Positions 27,287 to 38,219 of a stretch of DNA of 64,000 bases are shown here, piece by piece (position 1 is the first letter of the stretch; each line of letters starts with the position of its first letter). The notes beneath the pieces were generated by a model. That model ran no database searches. It was not told the DNA's origin and saw only the letters and a program-made list of their open reading frames with translations. Both the position numbers and the translations under genes were made by a program. Location: positions 1 to 64,000 of IMG/VR virus record IMGVR_UViG_3300027749_000069. The stretch is one strand, 5' to 3'. This DNA is from a virus (lineage: Duplodnaviria > Caudoviricetes).

Positions 27287-28675
27287 TTATTTTTCTGATA
27301 CGATTTCAAAATTTATTGATTCTTTGTAGTATATCTCTTCAGTATGGGTTTTTCCTTTAATCTGTAGGAAATACTGTCTTGGTATTAAATAAGAACTATC
27401 TAATTGGAATGAGTTTTCATTCGTTTTATCTAATAACGTCCAATCGTGTACAATTACTTGAGTCGCGCCTTCTTCGATATAAATTCTATAATAAACCTCA
27501 TCTAATAATACTGTTTTAGGTACGTCAATAGATTTAAACGTGACAACTACCTTTCTTATTTCACCACTTATAATTTTTTCATTTTGTTTAATTCCAAAAA
27601 ATTGGATAGCATATCTTTGTAATTCTGTTTGGTTTTCACCAATTGTAAATCCTGCAGTGTATGGTTTTGGAATGAATTTTTGAGTTATTTCACCTGAAAT
27701 TGTATTACCATCTAAAACCACATCTTTCCAATGGTCTGTGAAGAATTTCTTTCCGTCACATTCTGGCGTGGTTATTGTAAATGTAACTTTATAAACACCT
27801 TTTCTAATTAATGTTGTGGTTAAACCTGAAAGACCTGTAATAACACTACCGTTAGAATCAAGTATGTCAACCGTTGGTGTAGAATCTAAATTATAAAAAT
27901 TGGTTCCTTTTGTAACGTATAGATATAAATTCTGTTCTATTTTCTCAACAAAATTATTTCTATTGTCCATTATGGTATCCTCAAAATGAGAGTCAACATA
28001 TGGCTCAAAGAATGTTTGTGTGTATTTGGTAAAAAATGCAACTGATTGGTCCCTATCCGGTGTTAAATATTGATAAACAACGGCGAACGATAATCCTAAA
28101 CCATGATTTGTGTCACCTGAAATAATACCATTTACATAGGGAGTAATATCAAAATCAATGTTTTCATTACCATTATCCATATGTATTTTATTACCTGTAT
28201 ATCCTGAAATAATTGTTGGAGAATCATGAAATACTCCCGCAGTCGGCCATTGATTTAATGTTGTTCTATAAAACCAATTTGACGGCCTTTCATCAAACGT
28301 TCTATTTCCAGTTACAAAGTCATAACCGGAATCAGAGTAATCATACCCTAAACCTTCATCCCAATATTGACCCAAACCGAACACTATTAAATCAAATGAA
28401 CTTGTTCTATCTCTACTAGTAGTTCTATTTAAACCTTTTTGACCCTCGTCACCAAAAATTGTATTTGTTAAATGTAAAGTATGTCTGGTGTTAGAATCTA
28501 CCACTAATTCACCACTATTGACTTTATTTTTTAAATCGGTAAAGTCAACTTTAAATAGAAATTTAGAAAATGCGGAACCATAAAAAATCTCAGTTGTTGG
28601 GTTTTTTGCGGTGTTTACCTGTGAATCCTTTACAATAGTATTATTCTTTTCAAAATAGGAACGGAAATATGACAT
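27287..28675 (-). CDS. probable virion structural protein
   Basis: 462 aa, beta-rich, late-type promoter, adjacent to the gp5-like gene. Confidence 0.6.
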   Translation of the reverse strand: MSYFRSYFEKNNTIVKDSQVNTAKNPTTEIFYGSAFSKFLFKVDFTDLKNKVNSGELVVDSNTRHTLHLTNTIFGDEGQKGLNRTTSRDRTSSFDLIVFGLGQYWDEGLGYDYSDSGYDFVTGNRTFDERPSNWFYRTTLNQWPTAGVFHDSPTIISGYTGNKIHMDNGNENIDFDITPYVNGIISGDTNHGLGLSFAVVYQYLTPDRDQSVAFFTKYTQTFFEPYVDSHFEDTIMDNRNNFVEKIEQNLYLYVTKGTNFYNLDSTPTVDILDSNGSVITGLSGLTTTLIRKGVYKVTFTITTPECDGKKFFTDHWKDVVLDGNTISGEITQKFIPKPYTAGFTIGENQTELQRYAIQFFGIKQNEKIISGEIRKVVVTFKSIDVPKTVLLDEVYYRIYIEEGATQVIVHDWTLLDKTNENSFQLDSSYLIPRQYFLQIKGKTHTEEIYYKESINFEIVSEK

Positions 28676-28699
28676 CTCTTTTTTATTATAAATATCAAA

Positions 28700-30211
28700 T
28701 TAATTGGTTCTAATCGACTTGTTCAGCATGTCATTTTCCAAAGTTGATATTTTTTTCATTAAATTAACAAAACTTGGGTCAGTTTGAACTAAAGGTCCCA
28801 TCAAATTATGTTGGTGGCTGGTGATTAATTTAATCATTGATTGAAGTACATCTATTAAAACCTCACCTCTAACTAACGCGTATGTATTAGGTTCAATATC
28901 TTTAATATAATTCTCGTGAGTGGGTTCGTACGTGTCAATTTTGGTGAAATCAATCGGTATATTATATTCGTTAGTGTCCGTTGATATTAAATAAATCTTG
29001 TCAGATTTAACCGCGGCAAATGTTTGTTCAACATTATCCATACTTTCCTCTAAAACGTTCTTTTTAACTACACTAGTTACGGTCGGAGCATCAACACTTG
29101 ATTTTGAGAAAACAATACCTTCCTGAATTTTTTTACCAAAAGTAACATTTGTTAATAGAGTTTTTCTATTAGTTTGTTCATTTACTGATAATGTTTTTTC
29201 ATTTTTAGATTTTTTACAATATCTAAAATAAAATGGATGCATTTCAGTTTCACTATAGATTGGGTTAAAGTAATTTAATCCATCATGATGTAATTTATAA
29301 AGATTCAATCGTATATTAACACATGCTTCTTTTAAATCCGCAGCGGTAAACAAAAGAGTCGGGTCGGTAGATGTCGTCACTCCATTATTAATGTTATATA
29401 AGTTAATTAACGTACAACCGGTAGTTAATTCAACGTCTTCCAATTTTGAATTTGAACTTACAAATTGTGGCCCTGCATTCTTAGTGTCATAAACATAAAA
29501 TTTAATATCAACTCCACCACCTAAAAAATTACTAATATCATACTCAATAAAGTATTTAATTTGTTGGATTTGTAAGTTGCTAGTGATAACATCTTGATTG
29601 TTATATTCTAATTTTTTTGGATATTTTTTTAAATGTATTGTTGATGAATTGTCCGACATTATTGGATGTGTTAATAATGTCTTTTTTTGTGTACTAGTTG
29701 CAAATGATTTACTTAATAATTTACCACCCCTTATATTAACACCGTTTTCGGTAAAAATAACATCAGAACCGTATTTTCCATAAATCCCATAATCGGTTTT
29801 TTTTGCTAATGAACCTTTAGATTTTGGTTTAATGTAATTTCCGTATTTGTCAACGACATCTTCACCATGTTTTGCAGCAATATTGTATGTTGTATTTTCA
29901 AGTTGAGCAGAGTGAGTTTGTCCATTATAATCGTGAACAGTTGTAAATGGACCTGCAATATATTCAAGATTTACAGTATCTTTATCGGTGTCATAATTTA
30001 TTATCTTAACTGATTGACCTTTTTCAGGTATGAAATTTAAATTTGTCGGTAAAAACGGAATTGCAGTAAATAAATCTTTATCGTCCCAAGCATTATAATC
30101 AAAAGCTTTTTCTAACTGACCCGTATATGAACTATACCTAACTGCACGGATACGACCAATACCTTTTGGGTCATTATTATCAATACAAATGGCAATATCA
30201 ATTATTTTCAT
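28700..30211 (-). CDS. baseplate hub/spike protein (gp5/gpV-like N-terminal OB fold)
   Basis: DNNDPKGIGRIRA and IPEKGQSV; C-terminal HQH (HxH) motif. Confidence 0.65.
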   Translation of the reverse strand: MKIIDIAICIDNNDPKGIGRIRAVRYSSYTGQLEKAFDYNAWDDKDLFTAIPFLPTNLNFIPEKGQSVKIINYDTDKDTVNLEYIAGPFTTVHDYNGQTHSAQLENTTYNIAAKHGEDVVDKYGNYIKPKSKGSLAKKTDYGIYGKYGSDVIFTENGVNIRGGKLLSKSFATSTQKKTLLTHPIMSDNSSTIHLKKYPKKLEYNNQDVITSNLQIQQIKYFIEYDISNFLGGGVDIKFYVYDTKNAGPQFVSSNSKLEDVELTTGCTLINLYNINNGVTTSTDPTLLFTAADLKEACVNIRLNLYKLHHDGLNYFNPIYSETEMHPFYFRYCKKSKNEKTLSVNEQTNRKTLLTNVTFGKKIQEGIVFSKSSVDAPTVTSVVKKNVLEESMDNVEQTFAAVKSDKIYLISTDTNEYNIPIDFTKIDTYEPTHENYIKDIEPNTYALVRGEVLIDVLQSMIKLITSHQHNLMGPLVQTDPSFVNLMKKISTLENDMLNKSIRTN

Positions 30212-30408
30212 TTCTTAATCCTTTTTTCAATTTCTTTATTAACTTTATTATATGAACTCTCAACACTCTCCATATGTCTTGTTAAATCAATTATTAATTG
30301 TTTTGTCTTTTCAAATTCTTCGTATAATTCATTAACAACGATAAATAAATCTTTATTTGATTTATTTTCGACGTCATACACCACTTCTATAATTTTTTCT
30401 TTTTCCAT
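30208..30408 (-). CDS. small coiled-coil hypothetical protein
   Basis: 66-aa ORF coupled to its neighbours. Confidence 0.65.
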   Translation of the reverse strand: MEKEKIIEVVYDVENKSNKDLFIVVNELYEEFEKTKQLIIDLTRHMESVESSYNKVNKEIEKRIKK

Positions 30409-30411
30409 ATA

Positions 30412-32442
30412 TTATGCTTGTCCTCCATATGACACGATTGCACCAGGTGGTATTGTTAACACATTACCAACAACAGGTAGAACGACTAATTTATTTGCTA
30501 CGTGTGTATATGAATTATTATTTACTTCTTTAGTGTACCCATTAACCGTTGATTTTAAAAACGTTAATAAGTTATTATCTTGACCAAATATTGGTTGGGA
30601 TGCGTTTACACCTCTTTTATCTAATTCTTCTACAATACCGACAATAGTTCTAGTATTACTAAATCCTGGTTTTTTATATGAAAATGCATCAATAACACCA
30701 GGTACTTGGAAATTAGGTCCACCAAATAATGCAGCATCTATTGTTTTGTCAATCACAGTAAATAATGCGTTACAGTTATTAAGCTTTGTGTCCAACAGTC
30801 CACGTAATAAATTTATAATAGAAAGAATATAATCTCTATATTTTTTAATTTTTTCTTTTAATATATTATATGCTGTAATTTTTAAAAATTCAAGTAAATC
30901 TTTTTTAACCAATTTCCAAAACTCACTTATAAATTTCCATAAAATATCCTTAATTATTTTAAAAAATAATTTATGTAATTTTTTCATTATTTCTTTCGCC
31001 AATAAAACAACATTACCACCTGCTGAATTTACATATTTATAAATTATTACAATTGGTAATATATACTTTGGTGATAAAATAGAACCAATTAATGCTTTAG
31101 GTAAGTTTAAAATATAATTGTTTAATAACGATATTTGAAAATTAACTAATGGTATTGTTCCACCGGCTTCTTGATATGATGTTGTTGCGACATTTAAAAA
31201 GACGTCATTTACGGCATCATTTAAATTGTTTTTTGAAAGATACACAAAATCTTCATAGTGTGATGGATTTGATGGTATTGTAAAATTATTACAATCTGTA
31301 AATTTTAAAACTTTATTAAATCTATTTGCTTCATCATCTAAATCAATACCTTCCATATCATCAAAATCAAAGAAAGATTCTATATCATCATCATCTTCAT
31401 TAAATTGATTTTCCACACTTTGGTTTAATCCTTGACTTGGGTTATTACAAACTTTCATCAATTTATTTAGTAATCTATTTAAATCATTCATACCGATATC
31501 AAATAACGGGGGTTCAGATTTATCACCTTTCAAAACCATCATCGTTGCGGTTTTAACCACCGCTGATAAATCTAACTGTTCAATATTACTATAATAATCA
31601 TTAAAAAAACCACCAACAGTAGTACCTGTTTGAGTTGTGGTTGTCATTCCTGTTAATCCAGATAAAGTAAATTCTTGATTTGCTTCACCCCAATTTAAGT
31701 CAAATAGTTTTTTTCCGTCAGATGTTTCAACCGATTGAGGTGTTGTGAAACTACTGTACAATATACGATTCATTTTAATTAAATTCCTTGATGGGTTTTG
31801 TGGTTCATAGACAATTTGACCACTATTACTAGTTGGGTTTACAGTCAAAACATTCATAAAATCAAATTCACCAGGACGTATGAGTAATGTGTCATTCAAG
31901 ATTGGAGTTGATGAACCACAAATACCATCTCCAGCAAAAAGGATATTTTTAACATTATCCATCACAATGTTTTTAGAAGACGTTATTGTTGTATTAATGG
32001 CTTCATGAGCTAAAAAATGTAATCTGTCTTTAGACACAAAGTTTTGTGTCGTAAATTTAGACCCATAAGTTTTTCTAACAGTAAAAGTTGTAGATTTTTT
32101 TTTATTTAAAAAAGTATCAACTAAATCAAGCATTTGACTAAAAATATCAGTTTTTAATTTTCCTTCTATTTTTTTCTTATGTTTAGCTTTTAAATCTGTA
32201 ATTTTTTTCTTTAATTTTCTTTTTGCATCCGCAAGTAATGGACCATCTCCATTAAAATCAATAAAAGAATCTGGAGCATCATTAATTTTTTCGGTAAATT
32301 CCTTAATTGCTTGAATTTTTCCTTTAATTTTATTGATTAATACCTTTATTTTACCTGGACCAGCAGGTTTTAAATTTTCTGCTCTTTCTATTGATTTCTG
32401 TTGAAAAGCTGGGTCCGATAATTTATCGTTTATTGATGACAT
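30412..32442 (-). CDS. large hypothetical protein
   Basis: 676-aa ORF in a minus-strand operon. Confidence 0.75.
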   Translation of the reverse strand: MSSINDKLSDPAFQQKSIERAENLKPAGPGKIKVLINKIKGKIQAIKEFTEKINDAPDSFIDFNGDGPLLADAKRKLKKKITDLKAKHKKKIEGKLKTDIFSQMLDLVDTFLNKKKSTTFTVRKTYGSKFTTQNFVSKDRLHFLAHEAINTTITSSKNIVMDNVKNILFAGDGICGSSTPILNDTLLIRPGEFDFMNVLTVNPTSNSGQIVYEPQNPSRNLIKMNRILYSSFTTPQSVETSDGKKLFDLNWGEANQEFTLSGLTGMTTTTQTGTTVGGFFNDYYSNIEQLDLSAVVKTATMMVLKGDKSEPPLFDIGMNDLNRLLNKLMKVCNNPSQGLNQSVENQFNEDDDDIESFFDFDDMEGIDLDDEANRFNKVLKFTDCNNFTIPSNPSHYEDFVYLSKNNLNDAVNDVFLNVATTSYQEAGGTIPLVNFQISLLNNYILNLPKALIGSILSPKYILPIVIIYKYVNSAGGNVVLLAKEIMKKLHKLFFKIIKDILWKFISEFWKLVKKDLLEFLKITAYNILKEKIKKYRDYILSIINLLRGLLDTKLNNCNALFTVIDKTIDAALFGGPNFQVPGVIDAFSYKKPGFSNTRTIVGIVEELDKRGVNASQPIFGQDNNLLTFLKSTVNGYTKEVNNNSYTHVANKLVVLPVVGNVLTIPPGAIVSYGGQA

Positions 32443-32819
32443 TATAATGAATAATTACTTGGTTTATTATCTGAACCATCATTTACCAGTTTATCTAATA
32501 ACTCCCTATCTTCATCTGATAATGTAAGTTTACCCATTGGACCACCTCCATTACCACCACCTGTAGTTTGTTTTAATAATAAGCTTTGTAATTTAACTAA
32601 TGAAATTTTCTTTTCAGTACAATCGTTTAATATCTTCTGTTGTTCTTTAATAACAGGACCAATTGTACTCATGTCTTCGGCGTCCTTCATAAATCCCATC
32701 ATTTTTCTCAAAATTTGGGACGCAGTGTTTCTATTCTCAACAACGTCGTTGTAGATTTCCTGCATTAAGGCTAACGCCGAATCAACATCTAAAGTAATAT
32801 TGTTTCTTTGTGTTCTCAT
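32442..32819 (-). CDS. hypothetical helical protein
   Basis: 125-aa ORF with TATTTAT 4 nt upstream. Confidence 0.7.
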   Translation of the reverse strand: MRTQRNNITLDVDSALALMQEIYNDVVENRNTASQILRKMMGFMKDAEDMSTIGPVIKEQQKILNDCTEKKISLVKLQSLLLKQTTGGGNGGGPMGKLTLSDEDRELLDKLVNDGSDNKPSNYSL

Positions 32820-32833
32820 ATCAATAAATAGAT

Positions 32834-33532
32834 TTATTCTAAAAATCCAACCAGAATACCATCATACATCTTTTTAAAACGTTTTAGGGATACTCTAATC
32901 TCTTTTGTGGATAATGAGGTCATTTCTCGTAATGAGAGTAAGATAAGGTTCTTATTGAATTTATTACCGTCACCAACTTGGAATATTTTATCAAAATTGC
33001 TAAAAATCTCTAACAAGGCATATCCCAATTTTTGTTCGTTTTCCGTTAGGTTTTCCTTCTCAATAAAGTTTTCTAAAGAAATGGTTAATTTAATTATAAC
33101 ACTTTGGTAATCAATAATATGTTCGTCAATAACATAAGACAAATCTTTCCTATCTTCAATGTCAGATGATATGTCATCATAAGATACTTGTCTATTCTGT
33201 TCTTTAGTGTCTTTCTGTATCGCCCCCATAAGGTAGTTTTTACAGATAGTACCAAAGTATGAATACGCTTTAGTGTTCTTTGTGTGGTCGAATTTATTAA
33301 TTTTGGTAATTAAAAAAGACATAGTATCAGTGTGAATTTCTTCAAATTCCATATCCTTCCTATATAATTTATATCTCCTAATAATACTCTCAACCATAAT
33401 AACTAATGGTTCTCTTAAGAACTCGTTGAATATTTTGTTTCTTTCATCTTCGTCGGTACTCTCTAGATACTTAACGACGGCTTTTTCTTGATCCTCACCA
33501 AAGTATATTTTTTGGGTTCGTGGTCTCGGCAT
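32834..33532 (-). CDS. phage sigma factor (T4 gp55-like late sigma)
   Basis: KINKFDHTKNTKAYSYFGTICKNYL resembles sigma region 2; N-terminal YF motif. Confidence 0.7.
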   Translation of the reverse strand: MPRPRTQKIYFGEDQEKAVVKYLESTDEDERNKIFNEFLREPLVIMVESIIRRYKLYRKDMEFEEIHTDTMSFLITKINKFDHTKNTKAYSYFGTICKNYLMGAIQKDTKEQNRQVSYDDISSDIEDRKDLSYVIDEHIIDYQSVIIKLTISLENFIEKENLTENEQKLGYALLEIFSNFDKIFQVGDGNKFNKNLILLSLREMTSLSTKEIRVSLKRFKKMYDGILVGFLE

Positions 33533-34312
33533 TTAAACTGTTTCATAATTTACATCTCGTTTATTCTTAAAAAAGAATTCCTTCTTGGCTGTTTCCAACC
33601 AAAATTTAACCTCATTTTCTGACAGTTTTTGTTTTTCATTATTCTTGTAACTCCAAAATAATGAATCTTCTCTTAAATTAACATGTTGATAACCGATTTT
33701 AGGAACTGTCATGACCCTAATACCATTGTGTGTTAATCTTAAAAAGAATTCGTATGCGAATGTTAATTTAATATTTTCTTTTAAACTACCATTATCCTTA
33801 ATAACTTGGGTTCTATATAAACCACCACTTATTTGATAATTTTGAAAATCTAATAATACTTCGTTGTCGATGAACCCTTGCATTTCAGTAAACCCATAAG
33901 CCCAAGCTGATTCATTTGTAAAACTTACAAATTTACCATCAGTATTAATGTCTCTTACAATAGGTAAAAACACATCAACATCTTTATATATTTTCATATA
34001 GTCGTTGGTTGATTTTAACCAAATAGGTTTAAATTCGTCATCAACTTCTAAAATAGTAAACCATTCAGTATCACATTTATCAATACCTAAATTGATTTGT
34101 GAACAAAAATCTGTTTCACCTTTATTAACTACAATTTCAATTTCTAATTTTTCAGAAAGATTCTCTAAATCTTTTTTTAATTTACTTGGACAAACAATTG
34201 ATACTTTAACATCATTGTGAAAGTCCTCAATAGATGATAGTGCGTTATCTAACATAACTTTATAATCGTCATCTAATTTATGTAAAGGTAAAATTACTGT
34301 TATATTTTTCAT
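33533..34312 (-). CDS. glycosyltransferase, GT-A/GT2-like
   Basis: ITVILP, QINLGI..CDTEWFTILEVDD, YEFFLRL. Confidence 0.8.
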   Translation of the reverse strand: MKNITVILPLHKLDDDYKVMLDNALSSIEDFHNDVKVSIVCPSKLKKDLENLSEKLEIEIVVNKGETDFCSQINLGIDKCDTEWFTILEVDDEFKPIWLKSTNDYMKIYKDVDVFLPIVRDINTDGKFVSFTNESAWAYGFTEMQGFIDNEVLLDFQNYQISGGLYRTQVIKDNGSLKENIKLTFAYEFFLRLTHNGIRVMTVPKIGYQHVNLREDSLFWSYKNNEKQKLSENEVKFWLETAKKEFFFKNKRDVNYETV

Positions 34313-34313
34313 A

Positions 34314-35378
34314 TTATACTGTTTCTTCTTGTTTTAATTTGTCTATTGCTGATTGAATGGATTCATTTCTTTTATTTATTAATGAACCAAATATTGATAG
34401 GATATTATTTTTAGTTATTTCAGTTTCATAAGGTAGTAATGTTTCTTTCATTTTGTCCTTAACTTCATCAGTTAATTCAATACCTTCAATCCAAGCTAAT
34501 ATATATGTACCTAATAATTCAACTAATTTATTACCATCATATGTCCACATACCATTTTCACTTAACCAATCTGGTTCGGTGTCAGGGATTTTACCAACTA
34601 CAGGTACACCACATTTCATAGATTCTAATGGAAATGTACCAAAAGTACTTTCATCGTCAACCCATAATGATACCATACATTCTTTTAGATTTGTTGAAAA
34701 CTCATCATAAGACATTTGAACCATATCTCTAAATGTAATCCAACGCAATTGTGGAAACTTTAAATAAAATTCAGAAATTAATTTTCTATGTACGGCTCTA
34801 TCTCTACAACTAATTGCCACATATGGTTTTAATGGCAATTCAATTGGTTTAAAGTTATCTCCAATAATTGGTGGAATAATATAAACTAAACTTTCAGGAA
34901 AATAATCTAAAATATATCTCTTCGCACTTTCAGTTGTTGTAATAACTTTATCAAATCCATATTCACTATACCTACTTCCAATTGGTAATGTTTCGAACAT
35001 ATACTCTTTTTGTTGTACCAATAAAACTTTAACACATCTAATGTTTGATAATTGTTGTAATGTGTTTCCATAATACTCGGGAACAACTAAAACATCTTCA
35101 ATTTTAATTTCTACTTTATCTTCTTTGATTGATACAACTTCTAATTCACTATATTCTTCACTTAACCAAGAACTAACCCCAACATAGTTTTTATCCTCAA
35201 CTAAAATTTTGGATTTTCTACCGTTTTTATTAAGTGTTAATGCTAAATCGTAAATGTATTTTACCGATGCTCTGGCATTTGTTTTAGTATCATATGTTAA
35301 AAAATATATAACACTTTCATTGTTATTTAATCTACCTAAGGCAGATTCTAATTTTTCTATGTTTTCGTTATTACTCAT
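34314..35378 (-). CDS. glycosyltransferase, GT-B/GT4-like
   Basis: VVPE; ESTFGTFPLESMKCGVPVVG (ExFG...E motif). Confidence 0.8.
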   Translation of the reverse strand: MSNNENIEKLESALGRLNNNESVIYFLTYDTKTNARASVKYIYDLALTLNKNGRKSKILVEDKNYVGVSSWLSEEYSELEVVSIKEDKVEIKIEDVLVVPEYYGNTLQQLSNIRCVKVLLVQQKEYMFETLPIGSRYSEYGFDKVITTTESAKRYILDYFPESLVYIIPPIIGDNFKPIELPLKPYVAISCRDRAVHRKLISEFYLKFPQLRWITFRDMVQMSYDEFSTNLKECMVSLWVDDESTFGTFPLESMKCGVPVVGKIPDTEPDWLSENGMWTYDGNKLVELLGTYILAWIEGIELTDEVKDKMKETLLPYETEITKNNILSIFGSLINKRNESIQSAIDKLKQEETV

Positions 35379-35652
35379 CGTCTTCTATTAATATTTGGTT
35401 TTTTATTAGTGTATTAAATGCTATTTTAAATGATGTGGTTGTGTTGTTTTGTGCAAATTCACCAAGTTCTTCATCTACTTGTTCAAACTCAGCCAAAACT
35501 CTATCTAAACACATTTTTATAATTTCATACTTGAAAATGTTTACCTCGGTAACATCTTCTCCATCCTCGTCTTTTATATTTTTTCCTGTTCTACATTTGT
35601 CTGTGACTCCGTCAAGGTCAATGTAGTAGGTTTTTCCAAAGATTTCAACCAT
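35371..35652 (-). CDS. hypothetical protein
   Basis: 93-aa ORF; overlaps the upstream gene by 79 nt. Confidence 0.65.
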   Translation of the reverse strand: MVEIFGKTYYIDLDGVTDKCRTGKNIKDEDGEDVTEVNIFKYEIIKMCLDRVLAEFEQVDEELGEFAQNNTTTSFKIAFNTLIKNQILIEDDE

Positions 35653-36218
35653 GGTTCTTGTATTTCTGTTAATTTAGTTATTTCTTTTTTATTTGTAAAG
35701 TATTGATTATAAGTCGTGTTGAATTTAATTACAACTTTATCATTTGGACACGAATCAACTATTTTTTTACAATCAGTAATCCAAACATCACACTTGTTCC
35801 AATTTTCATCTAAATTTTCTGTTTTGATAGATTTAATATTATTACCCATAAATCCATTTTTTGACAAGAAGAAAAGAGTTGCAGGTTTTGCTTTACCTAA
35901 TTCATCTAAACCGACTAACGTAAAATTATGTTCTGGATTGTCAAAAATCATTTTATGTAAATCCGTAAATGTGGTAGAATAACTCAATCCAGCATGACCA
36001 AATATTTCAATTGGATATTCAACAAATAAAAAATATTCAAATTCTTCTTGTGATTGAAATTTATAAGAATTTAATAAATTGTCGTTTTGAATTGGTTCCG
36101 TTATGTCGTATTCAAAGACATCTTCACTTTCACTATCTAAATAAGAATCCTTATAATGAAAGTCAAATTTTTGTATTGTGTTTCTTATGACACCGTCTAT
36201 ACTAATAAAAATTTCCAT
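35574..36218 (-). CDS. HAD-superfamily 5'(3')-nucleotidase-like protein with degenerate motif I
   Basis: IFISIDGVIRN, DVWITD, FNTTYN. Confidence 0.6.
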   Translation of the reverse strand: MEIFISIDGVIRNTIQKFDFHYKDSYLDSESEDVFEYDITEPIQNDNLLNSYKFQSQEEFEYFLFVEYPIEIFGHAGLSYSTTFTDLHKMIFDNPEHNFTLVGLDELGKAKPATLFFLSKNGFMGNNIKSIKTENLDENWNKCDVWITDCKKIVDSCPNDKVVIKFNTTYNQYFTNKKEITKLTEIQEPWLKSLEKPTTLTLTESQTNVEQEKI

Positions 36219-36258
36219 AATAAAAATATAACATATCCATAATCATAAGTAAATAATA

Positions 36259-36290
36259 AACCCACACCATTATAGTAAAGGATGTGGGTT
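36259..36290 (-). terminator. hairpin / probable terminator after phoH
   Basis: Minus strand AACCCACAUC...GGUGUGGGUU followed by a U/A tract. Confidence 0.5.
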
Positions 36291-36314
36291 CAATTATATA
36301 ATCTAATAATTATT

Positions 36315-37046
36315 TTAATCGTATCTATTCAATATTTCACCAATGATTGGATTTCGTACAATGTCTTGCATTCCAAATTCAAAAATCCCAATTCCCTTAA
36401 CATCTTGTAATCTCATTTTAGCGTCAAATAAACCAGATTTAGTTTTATCTCTAAATTTATCTGATTGCTCCAAATCACCTGATAAAAAGAATTTGGAGTT
36501 GAATCCAATACGAGTTAATAATAACTTAATCTGTGATGGGGTAGCATTTTGAGCTTCTTCAAATACTAAGATGGTATTATCTACGTTCCAACCTCTCATA
36601 TAAGCGAGTGCTGCAACTTCAATGTAACCTTGGTCTTTTAGTTCTTCACGAGCCTCTTTACCTATAATCTTATTTAATAGGTAATATGACGGATAAATGT
36701 ATGGGTCTAATTTCTCCTCTAAACCCCCTGGAAGTGACCCTAATTTCTCTTCAGCCTCAACTGCGGGTCTAACTATGATAATCTTCTCGTACTTGTTAGA
36801 ATCGTCATATAATAGGTCCACAGCACGTTTCATGGCTATGTAGGACTTACCTACACCTGCTGGACCGAAACATAATGTAATTTGATTTTCTCCAAGAATA
36901 TTCCAATAGATTTCTTGGTTTTTTGTTAAGAACTTTTCTTTAGGACGTTTGATAATTTGTCTAATCCTATCTTTATGTGATATCTTCTTTTCTTCTACTA
37001 ATACGGGTGGGTGGTTGGTTGTTTTGGTTCTTGTTTTATATGCCAA
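36315..37046 (-). CDS. phoH: PhoH-family ATPase
   Basis: GPAGVGKS, RPAVE, LGSLPG, AYMRG, EEAQN, GDLEQSD. Confidence 0.93.
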   Translation of the reverse strand: MAYKTRTKTTNHPPVLVEEKKISHKDRIRQIIKRPKEKFLTKNQEIYWNILGENQITLCFGPAGVGKSYIAMKRAVDLLYDDSNKYEKIIIVRPAVEAEEKLGSLPGGLEEKLDPYIYPSYYLLNKIIGKEAREELKDQGYIEVAALAYMRGWNVDNTILVFEEAQNATPSQIKLLLTRIGFNSKFFLSGDLEQSDKFRDKTKSGLFDAKMRLQDVKGIGIFEFGMQDIVRNPIIGEILNRYD

Positions 37047-37089
37047 AATTGATAGTTTTAAAAGTTCTGTTTATTGTTTATAAATATCA

Positions 37090-37743
37090 TCAAACACCGG
37101 TAGATCCAAATCCTCCCTCACCTCTTTCTGTATTAGATAATTCAGGAACTTCAGTCATATATATGGTAGGATAAGGTAATATGATGATTTGAGCTCCTCT
37201 ATCTCCAACTTTGTATTTAATTGAGTCCAAACCATTTGTTTTCTTAAAGGTGGCTTGTAATTCTCCTCTATATCCACTATCAATTACACCAACACAATTT
37301 GATAACATTAAATCTTGGTTTCTAACTGAAGAACGAGGGAATACTAATCCAACATAACCTTGTGGGATTTCCATGGCAATACCAAATCCATAAGAAACAC
37401 TAAATGATGTATTTTCTATTTCTCTTGTAATTGTTAAATCCATTCCAGCATCCCCAACTTTTGAATATGATGGAATTACAGCTTCAGGAACTAATTTTTT
37501 AACTTTAACTAAAGTACCTCCACCCGTCATCGTTGGTTGAGTGTTAATTATATTTTGTCCGGCAACAGGGGTATTAATATTTTTTGAAACTTCGTCATTA
37601 GTAATTTCGCCAGATAATTTATTTAGAACTTCTTCTAACTCACTTAAATAACTCATATCCTGACTTTCATCGGTATCATCATTTAGTGTTTTTTCAATCT
37701 CTTCTAATTTTTTTAAATACTGTTCTATTTCTTCTTTTTCCAT
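37090..37743 (-). CDS. dut: trimeric dUTPase with an N-terminal extension
   Basis: AGMDL, PRSS, GVIDSGYRGE, AQIII, RGEGGFGSTG. Confidence 0.95.
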   Translation of the reverse strand: MEKEEIEQYLKKLEEIEKTLNDDTDESQDMSYLSELEEVLNKLSGEITNDEVSKNINTPVAGQNIINTQPTMTGGGTLVKVKKLVPEAVIPSYSKVGDAGMDLTITREIENTSFSVSYGFGIAMEIPQGYVGLVFPRSSVRNQDLMLSNCVGVIDSGYRGELQATFKKTNGLDSIKYKVGDRGAQIIILPYPTIYMTEVPELSNTERGEGGFGSTGV

Positions 37744-37744
37744 T

Positions 37745-37957
37745 TTATTTTTTCTTTTCTTCCAACCATTTATCTAACGCCTTTATTCTTCTTTTAAGGT
37801 CATCATCTTGGGGTCTTAAACATATTTCTACGAATAAATCTGTTATTCGTATTAACTCTTCTAAAGTAACAGAAACACCAACTGTTGTAACATACTCTAA
37901 AGCCATTTTACTTTGCGATTGACGCATAATTTGTATTTCACGACTATAGAATTCCAT
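37745..37957 (-). CDS. hypothetical protein
   Basis: 70-aa ORF within the operon. Confidence 0.65.
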   Translation of the reverse strand: MEFYSREIQIMRQSQSKMALEYVTTVGVSVTLEELIRITDLFVEICLRPQDDDLKRRIKALDKWLEEKKK

Positions 37958-37976
37958 ATCAGTTGGTGTTTAATTG

Positions 37977-38213
37977 TTATTTACTTTTGTAATACTCTGG
38001 TGTGTTCTTACTGTCAATGATACACTCAATTGCCATTTTTGCAACTGAAATACTTTCACTTGAACGCGTGTCACCAGCTCTGTATTTTGATGCAACAATG
38101 GTTGCCTCTTCTACTGATTCCGCTTCGATAATGTACTTGTACTTTTTAACACGAGGATTTCCTTCTCTGTCCATTTGTTCGGTCTCATAACCGATTGTAA
38201 CTAAATAATGCAT
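37977..38213 (-). CDS. hypothetical protein, possibly DUF4494-like
   Basis: Y.....EG..+V...Y+IEAESVEEA pattern. Confidence 0.55.
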   Translation of the reverse strand: MHYLVTIGYETEQMDREGNPRVKKYKYIIEAESVEEATIVASKYRAGDTRSSESISVAKMAIECIIDSKNTPEYYKSK

Positions 38214-38219
38214 GTTGTT

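Noticed and set aside
32442-32819. Possible terminase small subunit
   Set aside because: Size and helicity fit, but there is no recognisable motif and it is far from terL; left as hypothetical
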